A stretch of DNA of 64,000 nt from an uncultured Verrucomicrobiota bacterium. Lineage in GTDB: Bacteria; Verrucomicrobiota; Kiritimatiellia; JAAZAB01. The notes under the pieces were generated by a model. It saw only the letters and a program-made list of their open reading frames with translations. It was not told the origin of the DNA and ran no database searches. Position 1 is the first letter of the stretch. Every line of letters starts with the position of its first letter. A program made the position numbers and the translations under genes. Positions 57,417 through 64,000 of the stretch are shown here, piece by piece. The DNA lies in the NCBI GenBank assembly GCA_964475405.1, contig CAYYWX010000012.1, positions 2,679 to 66,678 of the forward strand, written 5' to 3'.

Positions 57417-58376
57417 TTATACCACGTTTTTCTCTGTCTGTCGTTTCCTGGCAATAATGATGCGGACAAAACCGCGACTTATTCCAAAGCGACAGAACAA
57501 ACGATCAAGCCCGAAAATGATACGCGCCACTGAGTAGCGAAACCAGTCCGGACCCACCATGCTCATTGCGGGGTTAATAGCAAATGCGTCAAAATGCACA
57601 TCCCATAACACATCAAACTTATCATATAAATAATCTGCAAAATCAAACACGGCCTTGTCTTTGGCCGCCACTTCTTCCATCGGAGTAAAATACTCCGGCT
57701 TTTCCCGGGTGATCCCCCTGATCCGGCGGACTGAATCGCGAATCTTCTCACGATAAGCGCGATCATAAGTAGGCAACAGTAACCTGAAAAAACGTTCAAT
57801 CCATTTATCCAAACGCCGGCGCGGCAAGTCATCAAGGGTGGCCACGATTCCGCCTGGCCTGAGCGCATGGTGAACACGATCCATAAATGACATCAAGTCC
57901 GGCAGATGATGAAATGCCGACCAGCCGGAAACGGCATCAAGGGTTTCCCTGCCCAAATCCAATTTTGTCACGTCTTCAAGGTGATAGGTCACTTGGCCGA
58001 AGCCGTCTTTATACGGATTTTCTTCCAACATCCGATTTGCCAACGCAATCGCTTCCGGAGAAAGGTCATAGGCATCCACCATCTGCCCGCGCCGACCCAG
58101 TTCCAGCGCCAGCCAGCCCGGACCGCAACATATATCCAGAACTTTCCCGCCGGGCCGATGAGCGACATAATCAATAAAACGATTCCGGAAACTTCCTTCC
58201 AATATTTGCGTCATTTTAGGATCAACCGGCTCTTGATCAGGAGCGGAAGGAATAAATCTCGTTGCCCGGCGGATATCCGCTTCCATCGGGATCTGCCCAT
58301 GGACTGTCCGGCGACGAGCGCTTTTATCGAAATATGCCGCTTCCGCCTGTTTCATTTCATCAAGGTTATTATTCAT
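57417..58376 (-). CDS. Class I SAM-dependent methyltransferase
   Basis: VLDICCGPG, DLS, FHHLPD, LRPGG; start overlaps the wzx end. Confidence 0.88.
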   Translation of the reverse strand: MNNNLDEMKQAEAAYFDKSARRRTVHGQIPMEADIRRATRFIPSAPDQEPVDPKMTQILEGSFRNRFIDYVAHRPGGKVLDICCGPGWLALELGRRGQMVDAYDLSPEAIALANRMLEENPYKDGFGQVTYHLEDVTKLDLGRETLDAVSGWSAFHHLPDLMSFMDRVHHALRPGGIVATLDDLPRRRLDKWIERFFRLLLPTYDRAYREKIRDSVRRIRGITREKPEYFTPMEEVAAKDKAVFDFADYLYDKFDVLWDVHFDAFAINPAMSMVGPDWFRYSVARIIFGLDRLFCRFGISRGFVRIIIARKRQTEKNVV

Positions 58377-59889
58377 TTCCTTTCTCCCTCGGTAATTTAT
58401 TGAAATATGCCGGGAATATTTCGCGAGCGATGGCCAGCAAGCCGGCATGCCGGTTTGCCCACCACAATATTGGAAGCAAAACGACCAGGAAACAAGCTAA
58501 TCGCAGAGCCGTGAAAATAACGGCCATTTTTATATCCTCGCTTTCCGGAATAAAACGTATCACCAGAACCAAACCCAGGACCATTGCCACAAAAACGCCA
58601 TAGACTTCAACAAGAAAGCGTGTCATATCAGCACGGCGGTCAAAAGCATAATAAGCTGCCATAAAAATGTAACCACTTCCATATACCGCGTAAGCCGACG
58701 CTGTGCTCCACGCAATGCCGATAATCCCCCACTCCATATTCACGGCTGCGAAGTCAAACGCCAGCGCAAGGATAATCGCTGAAATTTGAACCGCAATCAA
58801 TGATCTCTGCTTGTTGATAGACACCATAAAACTTCCCGGGATACTGGCGGCAGCGTAGAAGAAGGCGGCTGATATCAGAATTCCGAACAATGGCACGGAA
58901 GGCAGATACTTCGGCAATAGAAATTTGATCAACAAAGGCAGAATTATCACAGCGCCTCCGATTATAAGGCTCATAAACCCTGCCATAAGCCGCGCCGGAC
59001 CGACAAATAACCCCTTAAGCGCAGTTGGATTTCCGGTAGCCCCAAACCGTTCCAGCATTTTGGGGTAAAGAACGCTCGCGATTGACCCCGGCACCATGCC
59101 GATCAGATTGCTTGCCATAATACCCAGCGCATAATAACCAAGCACGGTTGTGCCCATGTATGCGGCAATGACCCAACGATCAATACTGATAAAAAATGAA
59201 TCAATAATTCCGAGGACAATTAGAGGAATGCCTACTACAAATGATCGACGCACCGCTCTCCCGGCGATATGGAAGGGAAAATGATAACGGCTGGCAATAG
59301 ACCAGAACAGAATAACCAATCCATATGCAACCGCCACCCCGATCAATGCTCCTGAAAGACGATCCGCGCACAACCAGGCAAGGCCAAGGACAAATATCGT
59401 TGACAAGATGGACAATCCGCCCACGCCGATACTGACTAATTTGAAACGATTATCGGCGCGCAGAAGCGAGAAATAATAACTGAATATACCCAGCAGGAAG
59501 ACTATAAGGGCAGTGATACGCAAAGAAGTTGAGTATGCGGAAGGCACCGCGCAGGATGCCATCCAAACAAAGACAAGACAGCCGGTGATCAGAAACGCGT
59601 TGACCCAGAAAGCGCTGTCTTTGACTTTCTCAACTTCGGCCAACTCGCCCTGCCCGCGCAACACCGGAATGAGCTTGTTCATCCCGTGCAGGATGCCGAG
59701 ATGGGCATTCCCGCCATAGCCCACGACCACATTCATCAGGTTCCATATTCCAAGCTGGGCCGGACTGAGTAATACCGGAATTAAAACCGAGCGGACCAAC
59801 CCAACAATCTGACCAAAGAGAGTGGCAGACAAATAGTGGAATGAATTTTTGACTATTTGATTACGTTCAGTGGAAGTTTGCGGGCACAT
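58369..59889 (-). CDS. wzx: Wzx/MOP-family oligosaccharide flippase
   Basis: 12-14 TMs, LSPAQLG, DRWVI...LGYY. Confidence 0.88.
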   Translation of the reverse strand: MCPQTSTERNQIVKNSFHYLSATLFGQIVGLVRSVLIPVLLSPAQLGIWNLMNVVVGYGGNAHLGILHGMNKLIPVLRGQGELAEVEKVKDSAFWVNAFLITGCLVFVWMASCAVPSAYSTSLRITALIVFLLGIFSYYFSLLRADNRFKLVSIGVGGLSILSTIFVLGLAWLCADRLSGALIGVAVAYGLVILFWSIASRYHFPFHIAGRAVRRSFVVGIPLIVLGIIDSFFISIDRWVIAAYMGTTVLGYYALGIMASNLIGMVPGSIASVLYPKMLERFGATGNPTALKGLFVGPARLMAGFMSLIIGGAVIILPLLIKFLLPKYLPSVPLFGILISAAFFYAAASIPGSFMVSINKQRSLIAVQISAIILALAFDFAAVNMEWGIIGIAWSTASAYAVYGSGYIFMAAYYAFDRRADMTRFLVEVYGVFVAMVLGLVLVIRFIPESEDIKMAVIFTALRLACFLVVLLPILWWANRHAGLLAIAREIFPAYFNKLPREKGNE

Positions 59890-59962
59890 GGTCTATCTCA
59901 AGAAAGTTAAATAAAAGAGCATTTCACCGCAGGAAGAGCACAGTATTAGGTTAGACAGGAAT

Positions 59963-61147
59963 TCAAGACTTTAGAATATGGCTGATGACCCTCTTCTGAT
60001 CATGCAAGGTCAATCCCACCGAACACGGCAGGCTGATGGCCATGCGGTTCAGACGTTCCGCGACAGCGCAATCCATCGCATATGCGTCGCGGTGCGCCGG
60101 ACTGAGGTGCATCGGATGCCAGAGTGGACGCGCTTGAATCTTTTGTGATGCCAATCGGCGCAACAATTCCCGACTGGTCATTCCATACTGCTTTTCATCA
60201 ACCAGCATCGTAAACATCCAGCAGATTGAAAACGCCCATTCCGCCTCGCGCATGGGCGTCAGTCCGGGAACATCCCCGAACGCCTCGGCATATATTGAGG
60301 CGATCCGGCGCTTGATCGTGATATATTCATCAAGTTTTTCCAACTGGGCACAGCCCATCGCGGCAGAGATGTTCGGCAGACGATAATTATATCCGATTTC
60401 GTTATGGATAAATTCAAGCGGATCATCCTTGGCCTGGGTGGTCAGATATTTCGCCTTGAGCGCCCATTCTTCATTGTCGGTAACAATCATTCCGCCTCCG
60501 CCGGTGGTGATGATTTTGTTGCCGTTAAAACTGAAACAGGCTATATCACCCAACGTCCCGGCATGCCGTCCTTTGTATTTTGCGCCAAGCGATTCCGTTG
60601 CGTCCTCAATCACTGGTAAATTGTATTTCTGGGCCTGTTCAAGAATCGGGTCCATATCAACCGGATGGCCAAGTATGTGGACCGGCATGATGGCAGAAAG
60701 GCGCCTTCCCGTGGTTTTGTTTCTAAGTTCGCTATTCTTCCAGACACATCCCTTTTCAATAAAATCAACAACCCTCTGCGGATCCATCTGCCAGTATTGT
60801 TCCTCCGCGTCAATAAAGACCGGCCAGGCGCAGGCATAACGGATGGCATTGACCGGCGCGATAAATGTGAGCGTGGAAACGAGGACTTCGTCGTCGGGCT
60901 TGACGCCGGCGATCAGCAGGGCGATATGAATGGCAGCCGTGCCGTTGACCGTGGCAACGGCATATTTTGATCCGACGCACGCAGCCAGTTCGCGTTCAAA
61001 CCGGTCAACGAACGGACCCACGGACGAAACAAAATTAGTATCAAGGCATTCCTTGATATATTTCCATTCATTGCCCCGGATTTCCGGCACACAGAGTGGA
61101 ATGCCGCCGGAAACTGCGGGCGCACCAGGCTCAGACAATGTAGACAC
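59963..61147 (-). CDS. legC: LegC-family aminotransferase (legionaminic acid pathway)
   Basis: VSSVGPFVDRFE, NGTAAIH, SFNGNKIITTGGGG, GYNYRLPN. Confidence 0.92.
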   Translation of the reverse strand: MSTLSEPGAPAVSGGIPLCVPEIRGNEWKYIKECLDTNFVSSVGPFVDRFERELAACVGSKYAVATVNGTAAIHIALLIAGVKPDDEVLVSTLTFIAPVNAIRYACAWPVFIDAEEQYWQMDPQRVVDFIEKGCVWKNSELRNKTTGRRLSAIMPVHILGHPVDMDPILEQAQKYNLPVIEDATESLGAKYKGRHAGTLGDIACFSFNGNKIITTGGGGMIVTDNEEWALKAKYLTTQAKDDPLEFIHNEIGYNYRLPNISAAMGCAQLEKLDEYITIKRRIASIYAEAFGDVPGLTPMREAEWAFSICWMFTMLVDEKQYGMTSRELLRRLASQKIQARPLWHPMHLSPAHRDAYAMDCAVAERLNRMAISLPCSVGLTLHDQKRVISHILKS

Positions 61148-62114
61148 CGGAACGATACCTCCCTGAATTCTGCCGCATCCATTCTATCGTTCGCTTTAAG
61201 CCATCTTCCAAGCCCACCCGCGGCTCCCACCCAAGGAGTTCGCGCGCTAAGCGGTTATCAGCCAAAAGACGCTCAACCTCGCTGGCCCCTGGACGAACGC
61301 GTTGTTTTTCGGTTTCAATTTTTAATTGCTTCTTCATCAGCCGCGCGATCATCTGCGCGAGATCAAGAATGCTGATTTCGCGCCCCGATCCAATATTGAT
61401 TGTCCTGCCCACCGCCGTCGGCGTTGAAGCGGCCAGCACAAAACCCTCCACCGTGTCGGCCACATAATTCAAATCACGCGTCGGAGTTACATTACCCAAC
61501 TTTACTTTCTTTCCGGCCAGCAACTGGGTAATAATCGCGGGGATAATGGCACGGGCCGACTGGCGCGGACCGAAAGTGTTGAAAGGACGCACGGTAACCA
61601 CCGGAACCACAAACGATAAATGAAACGCCTCCGCAATTTTATCCGCGCCTATCTTGCTGGCCGAATAAGGCGACTGCCCCTGCAGGGGATGTTTTTCGTC
61701 GATCGGAACATATTGCGCCGTCCCATAAGTTTCGCTGGTTGAAGTATGAATAACGCGTTTAACTTTCGCGTCACGCGCCGCTTGCAGAACATTGAGCGTT
61801 CCCTCAATATTTGTCCGGATATACGAAGCTGGCGCCTGGTATGAATATGGAATCGCGATCAACGCGGCAAGGTGGAACACAATTTCACGCCCTTCCACCG
61901 CGCGGCACACGCTGTCGCGGTCACAAATATCGCCGGCAACGACCTCCAATCTGTTTTTAACCGGCGATTGGTCCAACCAGCCCCACGTTCCGAGCGCGTT
62001 GTAATGAACCAAAGCGCGCACACTGGCGCCTAGTTCAACCAATCTTTCAGCCAGATGACTGCCGATAAAGCCACCCGCTCCGGTAATTAATACTTTCTTA
62101 TTTTTCCAGTTCAT
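61131..62114 (-). CDS. legB: LegB-like NAD-dependent 4,6-dehydratase
   Basis: GAGGFIGS, LAALIAIPYSY, TSTSE.YG, QSPYSASK, RP..SEV.RL. Confidence 0.9.
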   Translation of the reverse strand: MNWKNKKVLITGAGGFIGSHLAERLVELGASVRALVHYNALGTWGWLDQSPVKNRLEVVAGDICDRDSVCRAVEGREIVFHLAALIAIPYSYQAPASYIRTNIEGTLNVLQAARDAKVKRVIHTSTSETYGTAQYVPIDEKHPLQGQSPYSASKIGADKIAEAFHLSFVVPVVTVRPFNTFGPRQSARAIIPAIITQLLAGKKVKLGNVTPTRDLNYVADTVEGFVLAASTPTAVGRTINIGSGREISILDLAQMIARLMKKQLKIETEKQRVRPGASEVERLLADNRLARELLGWEPRVGLEDGLKRTIEWMRQNSGRYRSGVYIV

Positions 62115-63187
62115 TTTTTTAATCTCCCGGTTTTGGAATCCTTCTGTGCCTGCAGGTAATCCGCGTGCTGGCCGATATCCAACCAATATTCATGGACCGG
62201 AAAACTAACTATCGTCTTTTTTTCCTTAACAAGCCTTTGAATCAAATCGGTCATGTTGAAATGCTGGCGGTGCGGAATGAATTTAAAGACGGAAGGCTGC
62301 AGCAAATATATGCCGGCATTGACAAAAAACTTCATCAGCGGCTTTTCCTGAACCCCGGCAACATGCTGACCTTTCATCTCAATAACGCCGTAAGGCACCT
62401 GCATGTCATAAATGCGCACGGCAACCGTCATTTCAGCGTGATGTTCGCGGTGATAATTGAGCATGGCCTTGAAATCAACCTGCGTGAGAATGTCGCCGTT
62501 AATGACCAGCATCGGCTCAGTTGGTTTCGGAATCAAGCCGAGAGCGCCACCGGTGCCCAGGGGGAGGTCTTCATTGACATAGTTCAATTCAACGCCAAAT
62601 GCTTTCCCGTTGCCGAAATGGTCGGTAATTTTCTCGGATTTATAATGAGTGGTGATATTAACCTGACGAATACCGGCCTGTTGCAACTGGCCGATAATAT
62701 GTTCCATCACGGGGCGGTCGCCCACTTTCAGCATTGGTTTTGGCAAATCTTCGGTAAGCGGGCGAAGGCGCTTGCCAAAACCGCCGGCCATGATCACCGC
62801 TTGAAGCGGCAATTCATCGGAAGGAAGCAGTTCATCCATTGTCACCAGCTTGACCACCTGCTTCTTCCGGTTAAGCAGAGGAATCTGGCGGACAGAATTC
62901 TGACGCATGATATGCAACAGAGCTTCGCGGGGAGTCTCAAGCGGAGCGGTTATTGGCGTTGAAGGAAATACCTTTGTCTTGTAAGCCAGCAATTCTTCCA
63001 CGAAAGAATTCAACGTTATCCCGCCTAAAATCGCGCGCCGGACATCGCCATCGGTGATGGTATTCAGCAGTCGCCGACCGGCATCCACGACCAGGGAAAT
63101 TCCCGTTTCTCCCCTGTTGATGCTTGCAATCACATCACGGACCGAGGCCGTCTTTAAGACACAAAATGAGTTGATATCAGATTGCAT
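62111..63187 (-). CDS. ptmE: CBS-domain sugar-1-phosphate guanylyltransferase (PtmE-like)
   Basis: TDGDVRR CBS domain, MAGGFGKRLRPLT, NGDIL, YWLDIG. Confidence 0.88.
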   Translation of the reverse strand: MQSDINSFCVLKTASVRDVIASINRGETGISLVVDAGRRLLNTITDGDVRRAILGGITLNSFVEELLAYKTKVFPSTPITAPLETPREALLHIMRQNSVRQIPLLNRKKQVVKLVTMDELLPSDELPLQAVIMAGGFGKRLRPLTEDLPKPMLKVGDRPVMEHIIGQLQQAGIRQVNITTHYKSEKITDHFGNGKAFGVELNYVNEDLPLGTGGALGLIPKPTEPMLVINGDILTQVDFKAMLNYHREHHAEMTVAVRIYDMQVPYGVIEMKGQHVAGVQEKPLMKFFVNAGIYLLQPSVFKFIPHRQHFNMTDLIQRLVKEKKTIVSFPVHEYWLDIGQHADYLQAQKDSKTGRLKK

Positions 63188-63338
63188 TATTATTAAATGA
63201 AAAACATTTTCACCGCAGAGACGCAGAGATATGATATTATTATCATTCTGATATTTTTAACGTTATTTTCCCGCGTCATCCACGCTCAAGGCGTGGCAGG
63301 CCGCGCGCTCCATAAGCGACATCTTATTTTTCGTAACG

Positions 63339-63998
63339 TTAACCCCATATATTATCGGGCCCGCGGTTTTCCTTGATGACGTTATTCAGGCGCGTGCCGA
63401 TGTAAATTTTATTGGCCTCCAAATCCTGATCAATCAATAGCGAATGAGCGGATATTTTGCAATTGTCACCAACATGACACTTCCCCAAAACAGCCGCACC
63501 CATGTAAAGCGCGCAGTATTTTCCAAATACAGGATAAATATTTTTTTCGCCGGGCTTAGCTTCACGAGATCCGCCAACCGTACACCCCTGATGAACAAGA
63601 AAATAATTAGCATAGGATGCCCGGCCTAAAATCGCCCCAAGAGGATGGCTGAACAAAAAGATATCCGGCAATTCCACTGAATAAAACACATCTACACCGT
63701 TCAACATCTTGTTCAAATAAAATATCTTTTCGCAAAGGGAAACACTCGCTTTCTCCCTGTAGAGAGTATTGGAAAGAAAATACAAAAACATGGCGTACTG
63801 GTCACTGTGCAGGTGATTAAAACACGGCTGACCATTAACCAGAAAATAACGATTATGAACCGCAGCAAAACAGACGCCCATACGGTCAAACACGGAATCA
63901 ATATGTTGCGATATTTCACTCTCCTTCACGGGTTGACCGTCAGGAAAAAAGCAGCTCAATTGTTCCGACACATACCGAACAACCTGAGTTATTGGCAA
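63339..63998 (-). CDS. Serine O-acetyltransferase-like hexapeptide protein (5' end probably beyond the window)
   Basis: HSDQYAMFLY, LPDIF...HPLG..LGRA, QGCTVG. Confidence 0.8.
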   Translation of the reverse strand: MPITQVVRYVSEQLSCFFPDGQPVKESEISQHIDSVFDRMGVCFAAVHNRYFLVNGQPCFNHLHSDQYAMFLYFLSNTLYREKASVSLCEKIFYLNKMLNGVDVFYSVELPDIFLFSHPLGAILGRASYANYFLVHQGCTVGGSREAKPGEKNIYPVFGKYCALYMGAAVLGKCHVGDNCKISAHSLLIDQDLEANKIYIGTRLNNVIKENRGPDNIWG

Positions 63999-64000
63999 CG

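Noticed and set aside
1-64000. tRNA, rRNA, prophage or integrase genes
   Set aside because: None recognised by eye; a covariance-model scan was not run

Overview
Bacterial chromosomal window, probably from the PVC superphylum (Kiritimatiellae/Lentisphaerae-like; inferred from gene style only). From left to right it contains: a small Cys-rich ORF, hflX and a DUF151/UVR gene bracketed by two inverted copies of a ~210-bp MITE-like element; a minus-strand type II secretion operon gspE-F-G-H-I-J-K-L-M-D without gspC or gspO; divergent rplU-rpmA-obgE; a REP-associated tyrosine transposase (RAYT) inside a cluster of four GTAG-ended REPIN-like elements; and a ~47-kb minus-strand surface-glycan locus that runs off the right edge. 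The glycan locus holds legionaminic-acid genes (ptmE/legB/legC-like), Wzx, Wzy, an orphan Wzt, Rml-type enzymes, a C-methyltransferase, AsnB, two radical SAM enzymes, two large GT-C-like membrane proteins, PglF/CapD, a MraY/WecA-like transferase and gmhA. It is interrupted by AAA_14/DUF4143 ATPases and partly decayed toxin-antitoxin cassettes. The four most notable observations are: (1) an AT-rich GT-C / B12-rSAM / GT2 / acyltransferase / aminotransferase / rSAM-SPASM / AsnB block that reads like an Arn-type periplasmic glycosylation pathway with radical chemistry; (2) several families of palindromic REP elements that nest inside each other, insert in-frame into proteins and supply stop codons; (3) pseudopilin leader peptides made of repeat DNA; (4) a duplicated 3' end of the MraY-like gene bracketing a TA islet. 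All family calls come from motif recognition; no database searches were run.
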